From Spirochaetota bacterium (GTDB lineage Bacteria; Spirochaetota; UBA4802; JAFGJZ01): a stretch of DNA of 64,000 nucleotides. The notes below the pieces were generated by a model. It searched no databases. It was not told where the DNA came from and saw nothing but the letters and a program-made list of their open reading frames with translations. The stretch lies in assembly GCA_016928815.1 (NCBI GenBank), contig JAFGJZ010000192.1, positions 4,407 through 68,406 of the forward strand. The letters run 5' to 3'. A program made the translations under genes and the position numbers. How positions within the stretch are numbered: position 1 is the first letter of the stretch; the number at the start of each line of letters is the position of its first letter. Shown in pieces: positions 9,046 to 18,421 of this stretch.

Positions 9046-9987
9046 ATGGAGAAATTTATGAAAAAAATAATGACTGCTTTCATTTTTTTTGTCTCGCTGT
9101 CGGCCAATTCACAGCAGCCGGCAGATTCCGTTTATTATGACAATCTGGATGTTGTTCTAGGTAAAATTAAAAATACCAAATCCTCCATTCAGCAGGAGAC
9201 TCCCGGAGTTTTTACCGTGGAATTTAATGAAAACAAAAATAACTTCAAGCTGATGCTTACCCTTTATCCCGCTGATTCAAAAAGATTCACAGTTGAAAAT
9301 CTTAAGCAGGATCTGGCTGAAAAAGGAAAAGATCTTCTTCCAATGGCGGAAGAAAAAGAGCTTGTTATCAGCGATCTGAAAAAGGGATCCGAGACGAGAG
9401 GTTTCTTTTACATTCTGACAGATAAATCGCCTGCCAAAGGTGAATTTAAATATATTGCCCAGGGTTTTACCCGGTATAATTATCTAGTTGGATACTTTAC
9501 TTTTTTTTATAACAATAAAGATGATATCAGTATTTTCAACAGTATGGATATTACCGGTTTTGTAAAAGATACCGCTGAGATGAAAAAAACCGCGCATTTT
9601 GAAAAATTTAAACTTACCAAGGATGATATTTCTGATTACAATCTTGAATATAAACAGCATTTTTACAGTATGCAGCAGGTTATATTTTATAACAATACAG
9701 ATACATATACAACCCTGCTTTCGAACGCGGATGAAAAATATACACAGACAATCTGTTCCGGAAATGAGGAAGGAACCGTATTTTTTTATTTTTTCAGGGA
9801 AAAGCTTGATTCTGAAAAAACGGCATTTCTGACAGGGCTGTTTTACGGTGAAGAAGGGAAACCGCAGAAGGATCATCCTGAAATTATTTATGTAAAGGAT
9901 AATTATCTGGTAGTGTTTTCATATCCTTATAAAAGCAGACTTCAGGAATATCTTTTTAATAAAGTAAAAGAAAAATTTGAGAAATGA
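9046..9987 (+). CDS. Secreted hypothetical protein (313 aa; likely true start ATG 9058)
   Basis: Signal peptide MKKIMTAFIFFVSLSANSQQ; GGAGA RBS before second ATG; no recognisable domain. Confidence 0.6.
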   Translation: MEKFMKKIMTAFIFFVSLSANSQQPADSVYYDNLDVVLGKIKNTKSSIQQETPGVFTVEFNENKNNFKLMLTLYPADSKRFTVENLKQDLAEKGKDLLPMAEEKELVISDLKKGSETRGFFYILTDKSPAKGEFKYIAQGFTRYNYLVGYFTFFYNNKDDISIFNSMDITGFVKDTAEMKKTAHFEKFKLTKDDISDYNLEYKQHFYSMQQVIFYNNTDTYTTLLSNADEKYTQTICSGNEEGTVFFYFFREKLDSEKTAFLTGLFYGEEGKPQKDHPEIIYVKDNYLVVFSYPYKSRLQEYLFNKVKEKFEK

Positions 9988-10108
9988 AAATGGAATCCGG
10001 ATAATTTTTTTAATCCGGAGGACTGATCCCCTGTCACGGTCTCCGGCTAACCTGATGATCTTTCAGAAATAAAAAAGGTACAAACCGGACTTCTGACAGG
10101 CTGATAAA

Positions 10109-11317
10109 ATGATTAACAGGAATTTAAAGATGAAAAAAACGGGAGTAAATGAAAACACTGCAGGTAATGTTTCAGGAAGATTGTTCTATCTTGATAATCT
10201 GAAAATATTTCTTACCATGCTTGTGATTGTTCATCATGTCGGCCAGGCATACGGCCCGACCGGCGGATTCTGGCAGTACCGCAGCAGTCTGCATGAAAGC
10301 ATTCCATGGCTTGGAAGTTTTTTCGGAGTCAATGCCGGTTTTTTTATGGGACTGTTTTTTATGATTTCCGGTTACTTTCTGCCTTCGTCCTTTGACAGGA
10401 AATCATTTTCGGAATTTCTTAAGGAAAAGCTGATCCGTTTCGGCATACCTCTCCTGTTTGTTTTTACTGTGCTGCAACCCTTTCAAATGTATTTTTATTA
10501 CGTCAATTACAGCGGTAACCGTCCCATGGATTTTCTTTCATACTATATACATATATATTTCGGAGCGGGCGGCCGGCCTGACTGGTTTGCCGATTCCATC
10601 GGTTTTCCTGAAATGAATTTCGGTCATCTCTGGTTTGTCGAACATCTTCTTGTTTATTTCATCATCTATGCCGTTGTAAAAAAATATTTTATAAAAAAGA
10701 AAACAGAAGTAGTCCCGACAAAAATTACTTTCTTTCACATTATCGGACTTGGATTGCTGATTTCAATAACATCGGTTCTGATCAGAATTTTTTATCCCAT
10801 TGACAGGTGGACCGGTATTCTTGGTTTCATTCAGTCTGAACCGGCGCACCTTCCGCAGTATCTGCTGCTGTTTATCACAGGCGTTACTGCATACAGAAAA
10901 GACTGGTTGCGGCAGATTAAAACCTCAACGGGTATGCAGCTGTTGTCTGCCGGAGTAATGATGGCGCTGGTAGTATATTTTAACGGGTTTTTGCCGAAGG
11001 CTGTGATCAATATAGTATTTGAGGGCTGGAGTATTTATGAATCATTCATGGCTGTTTTTCTCTGTTTCGGTTTAACGGTGCTTTTCAGGGAACATGCAGA
11101 AAAATCATCTATGTTTATGAAAGCTGCATCCCGGAATTCGTATGCAGCATACATTATTCATTTTCCTGTCGTTCTGACAGTACAGTTTGCGCTTGATAGA
11201 GTAAATATATGCGGAGCTTACGGTAAATTTTTTACGGTAAGTATACTGTCTGTTCTGCTTTCATATTCTCTCAGCGCTCTCATCAGGAAAAGCTCACTTA
11301 TGCGGAAAGTATTATGA
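10109..11317 (+). CDS. Acyltransferase 3 family membrane protein
   Basis: 402 aa, ~10 TM segments; N-terminal LDNLKIFLTMLVIVHHVG motif of acyltransferase-3 (OatA/OpgC-like) family. Confidence 0.75.
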   Translation: MINRNLKMKKTGVNENTAGNVSGRLFYLDNLKIFLTMLVIVHHVGQAYGPTGGFWQYRSSLHESIPWLGSFFGVNAGFFMGLFFMISGYFLPSSFDRKSFSEFLKEKLIRFGIPLLFVFTVLQPFQMYFYYVNYSGNRPMDFLSYYIHIYFGAGGRPDWFADSIGFPEMNFGHLWFVEHLLVYFIIYAVVKKYFIKKKTEVVPTKITFFHIIGLGLLISITSVLIRIFYPIDRWTGILGFIQSEPAHLPQYLLLFITGVTAYRKDWLRQIKTSTGMQLLSAGVMMALVVYFNGFLPKAVINIVFEGWSIYESFMAVFLCFGLTVLFREHAEKSSMFMKAASRNSYAAYIIHFPVVLTVQFALDRVNICGAYGKFFTVSILSVLLSYSLSALIRKSSLMRKVL

Positions 11318-11348
11318 AAAGAGAAAAAATATCTTTTAAGAGAAAACA

Positions 11349-11963
11349 ATGATTAAACTCAAACATCTGTTCATGCTGTCTCCGTACATAGGTGTAATTA
11401 CGGGGATGTATGTTTTTAAAAATGCATTTGCGGCAATTTTTATATATCATGCGGGAATTGCTGCTGCTGTTTGCCTGTTTCACGGAGAAATCTCCTTTAA
11501 CACCCTGTTTAAATTTAACAATCCCAGGCTTTTGATATTTGCATCTGCCGTATGTCTGCTGTCGGGTCTTTCAGTAGTTGTTCTATGGAACTTTATAAAA
11601 CTTCCGGGAATCAATCTGCCGGTAATCATGGAACAGTTTAAATTGTCCGGTATCAATAAATGGATATTTCTGCTGTATTTTTCCACAGTGCATCCTCTTA
11701 TTGAGGAGCTTTACTGGCGTTTTCTGGCTGATTTCCGGGGCAGATATATCTCAGTAGGAGATATCATTTTTGCCGCTTACCATATTCCTGTTCTGATATT
11801 TTTTCTAAATGCTTCATTTGTTCTGCTATGTTTCGCGGTTCTGGTCGCGGCAGCCCGTATCTGGAGATATCTTAAACAGGATTTAAATGAGAATCTTACA
11901 GTTTTTATTTCACATGCTTTTGCCGATTTCAGCATCATGCTTGCGGTATTTGCACTGTATTGA
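11349..11963 (+). CDS. CPBP family intramembrane metalloprotease (CAAX protease-like)
   Basis: 204 aa membrane protein with EELYWR (EExxxR), FAAYH and SHAF motifs characteristic of Abi/CPBP. Confidence 0.75.
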   Translation: MIKLKHLFMLSPYIGVITGMYVFKNAFAAIFIYHAGIAAAVCLFHGEISFNTLFKFNNPRLLIFASAVCLLSGLSVVVLWNFIKLPGINLPVIMEQFKLSGINKWIFLLYFSTVHPLIEELYWRFLADFRGRYISVGDIIFAAYHIPVLIFFLNASFVLLCFAVLVAAARIWRYLKQDLNENLTVFISHAFADFSIMLAVFALY

Positions 11964-12079
11964 ATCCTCCCTGAATTGTGCTCTGTTCAGGAAAGCCGTA
12001 AAAGGAATTAAATATTAGTTGACTATCCGGAAATTTCCGTTATATCATATGCCGGAACTAAAATTGCTAATTTTTTATT

Positions 12080-12766
12080 ATGGAGAATCTAATGAAAAAA
12101 TTTATAATCTTTTTTCTTCTGCTGACAGGTTTTATATCAGCAAATGCTGTTTCGCAGGAAATGAATACAGCGGATGCAGAAAAGAAAGACATTGGTTTTG
12201 ATTACGGAAGTATAGATAGTAATATTTATAAAAATTCATTTTTCAGTCTGACTGCTTCAATACCGGAGAAATGGTTTGTGCAGTCCAAAGAAACAACACA
12301 GATGCTGATTGAAAAAGGCAAGGATATTGTTGCCGGTGATGATGAAAACATGAAAGCGGTTATCAGAGCATCTGATGTTAATACAGCCTATCTGCTTACC
12401 GTTTTTCAGAATGAACTCGGAACCCCGGTAGAGTATAATGCCTCTTTCATGATAATGGCGGAAAATCTGAAGCTGTATCCAGGAATAAAAACGGGAAAGG
12501 ATTATCTTTTTTCTGCAAGAAGACTTATGAATCAGTCCCAGATTAAGTATGATCATCTTGATGAAGATTTCGAAAAAAGATCAATCGGAGGAAAGGAATT
12601 CTATTTGATGAATGCGTTGATCAAATATGCCGGACTTGATATCAAGCAGACATATTACTGCACAACGTTAAACGGATTTGCCCTGAATGTAATTATCAGT
12701 TATGTTACTGATGAACAGAAAGCTATTCTTGATAAATTTGTCAGTTCAATCAGATTTAATAAATGA
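12080..12766 (+). CDS. Secreted hypothetical protein
   Basis: Signal peptide MKKFIIFFLLLTGFISANA (likely start ATG 12092); no domain recognised. Confidence 0.5.
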   Translation: MENLMKKFIIFFLLLTGFISANAVSQEMNTADAEKKDIGFDYGSIDSNIYKNSFFSLTASIPEKWFVQSKETTQMLIEKGKDIVAGDDENMKAVIRASDVNTAYLLTVFQNELGTPVEYNASFMIMAENLKLYPGIKTGKDYLFSARRLMNQSQIKYDHLDEDFEKRSIGGKEFYLMNALIKYAGLDIKQTYYCTTLNGFALNVIISYVTDEQKAILDKFVSSIRFNK

Positions 12767-12788
12767 TATTTTAAGAAATCATAACCTT

Positions 12789-12819
12789 GAATGTGCCGGT
12801 TTTTGGGCACATTCTTTTC
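12789..12819. terminator. Bidirectional rho-independent terminator hairpin
   Basis: GAATGTGCC-ggtttttgg-GGCACATTC followed by TTTTC; lies between convergent genes 12080..12766 and 12818..13153. Confidence 0.6.
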
Positions 12820-13153
12820 ATATTTCCTTCCAGCGGAACACGCTGACCGGCAGATGATAATAGCCGGTTTTTTTTATTGAACAGTAATGCGGACTAATTC
12901 CGATTGAATTAATTACAAGATCATCAGCATCAAGAACTCCTTTGACTCCTCTGTCTTCGGCAAAAATTGCGATATGTTTTTTAAAATGAATGACATCCCC
13001 TTTGAATATTCCATATTTATCAGGATATACCGGTGAACCGTCTATTTGATAAACACCGTTGATGTTTTTATCCGGAGAAGAAAGCTGAGGCGTAATCCTG
13101 TCGAAATATGAATATAATCCGGTAGGAAGGCGGTAAGGAATCTTATATCCCAT
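12818..13153 (-). CDS. Hypothetical protein (111 aa)
   Basis: ORF only; weak resemblance to NlpC/P60-CHAP-type beta-rich folds (GDVIHF..HIAIF) but no catalytic Cys seen. Confidence 0.35.
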   Translation of the reverse strand: MGYKIPYRLPTGLYSYFDRITPQLSSPDKNINGVYQIDGSPVYPDKYGIFKGDVIHFKKHIAIFAEDRGVKGVLDADDLVINSIGISPHYCSIKKTGYYHLPVSVFRWKEI

Positions 13154-13304
13154 CCGCCGCCGGTTACAGATAATAATTTAAGTTATTAATTTATTTAATT
13201 TCTAATATTAAAATAAACTGCTTTACAGATAATACAATTTTATAAATTTAATAGACTGTAAATACAGTAAATAAAACTGTAATTATTTTTAAGAGGAGAA
13301 ACAT

Positions 13305-13517
13305 ATGAATTATTTCGGAGTAATTTTCATTTTGACCGGTTTGTTTTCATTGTCAGCCGGCATTTTCGACTGGGACTGGTATATGACTCACAGAAAAGCC
13401 CGTCTTTTTGTTAAAATTTTCACCAGAAACGGTGCAAGAGTTTTTTACGGACTGCTTGGAGCAGGTCTGATTGTTTTAGGTGTTCTTGTATTTGAAGGCC
13501 GTGTGGGCAGTTTTTAA
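13305..13517 (+). CDS. Small two-TM membrane protein (70 aa)
   Basis: Strong AGGAGA RBS 7 nt upstream; two hydrophobic helices. Confidence 0.45.
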   Translation: MNYFGVIFILTGLFSLSAGIFDWDWYMTHRKARLFVKIFTRNGARVFYGLLGAGLIVLGVLVFEGRVGSF

Positions 13518-13607
13518 TCCGCTCTGATTTTTTCCGGAAATTATCTGTTCTCTAAAATAAAAAATATTGGTTTGATGATAATAAAATTTATTCCGGGTAA
13601 ACAGATG

Positions 13608-14648
13608 TTATTTAAGCTGATGCTGTTTTTTTGCAGCTGCAGTACTGTTTCTGGCAATAAAATTAGTTGGAATCATAACCTTTTTCGGCCAGGTCCGGTT
13701 TTTTGCAAACCGTTCGTTAAACAGAGTTAATGCACACTCGGCGATGTAGTCAAAGTGCACATGAACTGATGACAGAGCCGGCATAAGATATTTTATTGCA
13801 GGAAGATTGTTAAATCCGATCAGACTTACATCTTCCGGTACCCGGATATTTTCTTCCAATAGAGCCCGTAATGCTCCTGTTGCTACTGTGTCGTTCAGTG
13901 TCATGATTGCAGTCGGCAGTTTTTTACCGGATATGGCCTGCTTGATGGTTTTGTAGCCTTCTTCAGCGCAGTTTTTATAGTATACTGTGTCGAAAAAATA
14001 TGCACTGTCATACAGGCAGTACTCGTGAAGCGCTTTTGAAAGAATCTGCTTGCGTGGATCCTGAATTCTTTTTTTCCCGGAAATTATATCCGGTTTGCCG
14101 ATAAATCCGATTTTGGTATGACCCAGATTGACCAGATGATCCAGTGCTTCATTCAGCCCCAGTTCAAAATTAAGTACAACAGAATCATATTCCTTTTCCA
14201 TCGGTGAGGAATTGATAAATATAATATTACTTGAAAGCTCTGAAAGCTGTTTTACTTCCTCCGGGGCTACCGTTTCAATGGCAAATACTCCATCAAGTGA
14301 AAACGGGGCTGTGTTCTTGTAACCGGTTTCATTTTTGGAAATACGGAAAATTGTAATTTCTTCTTCAGCCGCCTTTTTCTCAATCATATCTCTCAGATAT
14401 AAATAATAGGGGTCATCTATTATTTTATCGTTATTATACCATTCGGCGATGCCGATACATGGCTTGGATCTGTCTGTAATAATCTTTCTGCGGTCACGGA
14501 TGGGGATGTACTCCAGTTCTTCTACTGCCTGCAGGACTTTCAGTTTCGTTTCCGGAGATACTGAAAGAGTTTCGTCGTAATTTAGAATACGTGATACAAC
14601 TCCGGGAGATACTGCTGCTTTCGCTGCTATGTCTTTTATTGTCGCCAT
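13608..14648 (-). CDS. LacI family transcriptional regulator
   Basis: N-terminal HTH MATIKDIAAKAAVSPGVVSRILN plus periplasmic-binding-protein-like sugar-binding core; divergent from ABC sugar locus. Confidence 0.85.
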   Translation of the reverse strand: MATIKDIAAKAAVSPGVVSRILNYDETLSVSPETKLKVLQAVEELEYIPIRDRRKIITDRSKPCIGIAEWYNNDKIIDDPYYLYLRDMIEKKAAEEEITIFRISKNETGYKNTAPFSLDGVFAIETVAPEEVKQLSELSSNIIFINSSPMEKEYDSVVLNFELGLNEALDHLVNLGHTKIGFIGKPDIISGKKRIQDPRKQILSKALHEYCLYDSAYFFDTVYYKNCAEEGYKTIKQAISGKKLPTAIMTLNDTVATGALRALLEENIRVPEDVSLIGFNNLPAIKYLMPALSSVHVHFDYIAECALTLFNERFAKNRTWPKKVMIPTNFIARNSTAAAKKQHQLK

Positions 14649-15006
14649 CTGTTACCTGTTAGTTTTTAAAATATCACCTGATATTGTTTTATATTTACAA
14701 TTTTCAGGAGAAGGTATAGCTTGTAAAGAAAAATTTTACCTAAATAATTAAAAACATATACTATGTATTTACTTCTTTATTGTCAAAATGTTTATTTTAT
14801 TGGGAAAACTCTGCAATTTTTTGATATTAAAGCATAATTTCATGATAAAAAATACAATTTTGTTGTGAAGATTTATTATTTTTCTTGAAATTTTAATAAT
14901 AGTTTGAAACATAGTAAATAAATAGGTAAATGTTTTACTTAAAAGTTTACTTATTTTTACTAAGGTTCGCTTTGCTTTGAAAAAATATTTAAGGAGAGTT
15001 GATATT

Positions 15007-16269
15007 ATGAGAAAAATAAGTGTGGTCTTACTGCTTTTGGTATCTGTTTTGATGCTGGTTTCCTGTAAAAAGAAGGATGGGTCGGATGGTACCGGTGTAA
15101 AACTGAAACTGGTACTGTGGGACATCAATCAGGCAACCTATGTCCCTGTTTTGCTGGAGGAGTACAAAAAACTGCGCCCGGATGTTGAAATTGAGATTAT
15201 CAATATTCCTGCATCCGATTATATCGAGAAGGTTAATGTAATGCTTTCAGGCGGTGACGATTCTGATATAATAACTGTAAAGGATATTCCGGAATATGCT
15301 TCAATGGTAACAAAGAAACAGCTGGATAGTCTGGATGGATATATCAAGAAGGACAAATATGATCTTTCTGCGTACAGCGGTGTACCTGATGAACTTCGTG
15401 TAGACAATGTACTGTTTGCATTGCCTTTCCGAAGTGACTTCTGGATACTCTATTATAACAAAGAGGCTTTCGATAAAGCAGGTGTGGATTATCCTTCAAA
15501 TGACATGACATGGTCAGAATATGAAGCGATTGCCCGTAAAGTTACTTCAGGTGCCGGAGCAGACAAAGTATACGGATCACATCATCATACCTGGCGTTCA
15601 ACTGTTCAGCTTGGAACTTTTCAGGATGGTAAAAATACGGCTATAAGTAAGGACTATTCTTTTATGGCTCCTGTTTATAATATGGTAACCGGAATGCAGA
15701 AAGACGGAATTATTATGGATTATGCTTCACTGAAAGCCGGCAACATACATTATTCCGGTTTGTTCTATAATAAACAGATTGCAATGCTTCCTATGGGTAC
15801 ATGGTTTATCGGAACATTAATGAGTAAGGTCAAGGAAGGGGTGACTGATGTTAAATGGGGTATTGCAAGATTTCCTCATCCTGATGGAGTAAAAGCCGGA
15901 ACAACAGCAGGAACACTTGCGTCTCTGGCTATTAATGCAAAATCAAAAAACAAAAAAGAGGCCTGGGAGTTTATTAAATTTTTCTGCGGTCCTGATGGAG
16001 CCAAAGTGCTGGCTGGAGCCGGTTCATTGCCTGCTATACGCAATGAAGATGTTATTAATGTCCTGAGTTCACGCGACGGTTTTCCAAAAGAGTGTGCTGG
16101 TGCGCTTGAAACCAGTACTGTGAGACTTGAACTGCCAATGCATCCGAAGGTCAGTCAGATAGAACAGATATTGAATGAAGAGCATGAGCTCATCATGACA
16201 GACTCTGTTACTGTGGATAAAGGCCTGTCAAGTATGACAAAACGTGTAAATGAAGTGCTTTCAAAATAG
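15007..16269 (+). CDS. ABC transporter extracellular solute-binding lipoprotein (carbohydrate family)
   Basis: Lipoprotein signal LLLVSVLMLVSC; SBP family-1 fold; AAGGAGAG RBS before ATG 15007 (ORF extends to 14977). Confidence 0.85.
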   Translation: MRKISVVLLLLVSVLMLVSCKKKDGSDGTGVKLKLVLWDINQATYVPVLLEEYKKLRPDVEIEIINIPASDYIEKVNVMLSGGDDSDIITVKDIPEYASMVTKKQLDSLDGYIKKDKYDLSAYSGVPDELRVDNVLFALPFRSDFWILYYNKEAFDKAGVDYPSNDMTWSEYEAIARKVTSGAGADKVYGSHHHTWRSTVQLGTFQDGKNTAISKDYSFMAPVYNMVTGMQKDGIIMDYASLKAGNIHYSGLFYNKQIAMLPMGTWFIGTLMSKVKEGVTDVKWGIARFPHPDGVKAGTTAGTLASLAINAKSKNKKEAWEFIKFFCGPDGAKVLAGAGSLPAIRNEDVINVLSSRDGFPKECAGALETSTVRLELPMHPKVSQIEQILNEEHELIMTDSVTVDKGLSSMTKRVNEVLSK

Positions 16270-16297
16270 CAGTATCTTTATGGATAAATAAAGAATT

Positions 16298-16349
16298 GAG
16301 TCTCAAAAAACCGGATATCACAGCAGGTGTTTTTTGAGACTCTTCTTTA
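16298..16349 (+). terminator. Rho-independent terminator / attenuator hairpin after SBP gene
   Basis: Perfect inverted repeat GAGTCTCAAAAAAC...GTTTTTTGAGACTC followed by TTCTTT. Confidence 0.7.
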
Positions 16350-16464
16350 TCTTTATTTATTGTTTGAAAAAATGATTATATAGGCAGAGGAAATCTGAGA
16401 GAACAGTATCTCACAGCTAAATTTGCTGGCGTTATCTGTCTGGAGAATGAAAGGGTATCGATTT

Positions 16465-17364
16465 ATGAATAAAAAAGGAAACACCTCATTACTGTATAAT
16501 AAAAGACTTGTTGCTTACTCGTTTCTTCTGCCTAATTTTATCGGATTTGCGGTTTTTACTCTCATTCCTGTTGTTTTCGCTCTTGCTCTGTCTTTGATGA
16601 ATTGGGACGGTGCAAATGAAATAACATTTGCCGGCCTGAAAAATTTCAGGGAGCTCATTAGTGATGAAACATTCAGAATTTCGCTGTTGAACACATTTTA
16701 TTATTCGGCAGGAACCGTTCCTCTTACCATCATCTGTTCATTGGGACTTGCTCTTCTTTTAAACCAGCCTATTAAAGGAAGAAATGCCATTCGAGCGGTA
16801 TACTTTTTTCCCTATGTTGCTTCACTTGTTGCAGTTGCGGTTGTATGGAATATGATTCTCAATCCTACCATGGGTCCGGTAAATGAAATTCTGCAAAAAG
16901 TATTTCATATTGCAAAACCGCCAAGATGGTCGGCTTCCGTAGACTGGGCCATGCCAACGGTTATTATAGTGAGTATCTGGAAAAACATGGGATATTATAT
17001 GATAATTTATCTGGCAGGCCTTCAGGGAATTCCCCGTGAATTATATGAGGCGGCTAAAGTTGACGGCGCCGGAAACCTGCAGTGCTTTTTCAGAATAACA
17101 CTTCCAATGCTGACTCCGAGTACCTTTTTTGTGAGCATAATGCTGACAATATCCTGTTTCAAGATATTTGATCTGATATTTGTAATGACCGGAGGAGGTC
17201 CGGGGAGAGCGACTAACGTACTTGTTGTACATGCCTATAATGTTGCATTTAAAAATTTTAATTTTGGATATTCAAGTGCCATTTCACTTGTTCTGTTCAT
17301 TATTGTGCTTTGTATAACAATCATACAGTTCAGAATGGAAAAAAAATGGGTCAGCTATTTTTAG
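16465..17364 (+). CDS. Sugar ABC transporter permease (MalF-type)
   Basis: 6 TM, ABC transmembrane type-1 EAA-like loop (YEAAKVDGAG); ORF extends to 16423. Confidence 0.85.
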   Translation: MNKKGNTSLLYNKRLVAYSFLLPNFIGFAVFTLIPVVFALALSLMNWDGANEITFAGLKNFRELISDETFRISLLNTFYYSAGTVPLTIICSLGLALLLNQPIKGRNAIRAVYFFPYVASLVAVAVVWNMILNPTMGPVNEILQKVFHIAKPPRWSASVDWAMPTVIIVSIWKNMGYYMIIYLAGLQGIPRELYEAAKVDGAGNLQCFFRITLPMLTPSTFFVSIMLTISCFKIFDLIFVMTGGGPGRATNVLVVHAYNVAFKNFNFGYSSAISLVLFIIVLCITIIQFRMEKKWVSYF

Positions 17365-17440
17365 AATATAACTGAAAACCCAATCCGGCAGACATGAGTG
17401 TAATTTGATGAAGCTGACGAATTTGAGAATAGGAGTTTTA

Positions 17441-18316
17441 ATGATGAAAATGTTGAATCTAAATGATATAAAGAATTATAGAATATCAAGCAGCTGGAAA
17501 AATGTTTTTAAAAAGACCCTGATATATGCGGTACTTTCTGCCGGGTCGCTCATCATGATTCTTCCGTTTCTATGGATGTTATCCGCTTCATTTAAACTGG
17601 AAAAAGATGTATTCAGATATCCTTTTACCTGGATACCGGAAACATTTCAGTGGATAAATTATATGAAAATCTGGAAGAAAATTCCTTTTCTGCTTTTCAG
17701 TTTTAATACGATTAAGCTGTCTGTAATCATTACTTTTCTGCAATTGCTGACAAGCAGCTTTGCCGCTTACGCTTTTGCAAAACTGAAATTCAGGGGACGT
17801 AATTTTCTTTTTCTCTGCTATATTGGAACAATTGCAATTCCATGGCAGGTTTATATGGTTCCCCAGTATATCATGATGCGTCATCTGGGGCTGAATGATA
17901 CTCATTTGTCTCTGATTCTTCTGCAGGCATTTACACCTTTTGGCGTATTTCTCATGCGGCAGTTCTATCTTAGCATACCCAATGAGCTGCTTGATGCAGC
18001 CAGAATTGACGGATTAAATGAATATCAGATATATTTTAAAATAATGCTTCCGCTTTCCAAACCGGCTCTTGCATCGCTGACAATTTTTACTTTTGTATTT
18101 GTCTGGAATGATTTTATGGGGCCGCTCATCTACTTTACTTCGGATAAGGTCAAGACAATACAACTGGGCCTTAGAATGTTTATTCAGCAGTATTCTGCAG
18201 ATTATTCACTGATTATGGCTGCATCACTTGTTTCGCTGATACCTGTATTAATTCTCTTCCTTGCTCTGCAGCGGTTTTTCATTGAAGGTATAGCAACAAC
18301 CGGTGTGAAGGGATAG
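17441..18316 (+). CDS. Sugar ABC transporter permease (MalG-type)
   Basis: EAA loop LDAARIDGLNEYQIYFKIMLP; AGGAG RBS before ATG 17441 (ORF extends to 17405). Confidence 0.85.
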   Translation: MMKMLNLNDIKNYRISSSWKNVFKKTLIYAVLSAGSLIMILPFLWMLSASFKLEKDVFRYPFTWIPETFQWINYMKIWKKIPFLLFSFNTIKLSVIITFLQLLTSSFAAYAFAKLKFRGRNFLFLCYIGTIAIPWQVYMVPQYIMMRHLGLNDTHLSLILLQAFTPFGVFLMRQFYLSIPNELLDAARIDGLNEYQIYFKIMLPLSKPALASLTIFTFVFVWNDFMGPLIYFTSDKVKTIQLGLRMFIQQYSADYSLIMAASLVSLIPVLILFLALQRFFIEGIATTGVKG

Positions 18317-18421
18317 AAACAAAAAGGCCGGATTTCAAGCAATAATTCTTTTAGTTAGGAGCTGTTACGGATTTGAATGGTATAATAATTTTTTCTCCCT
18401 CCTTTTGTGCAAGGTGTCTGA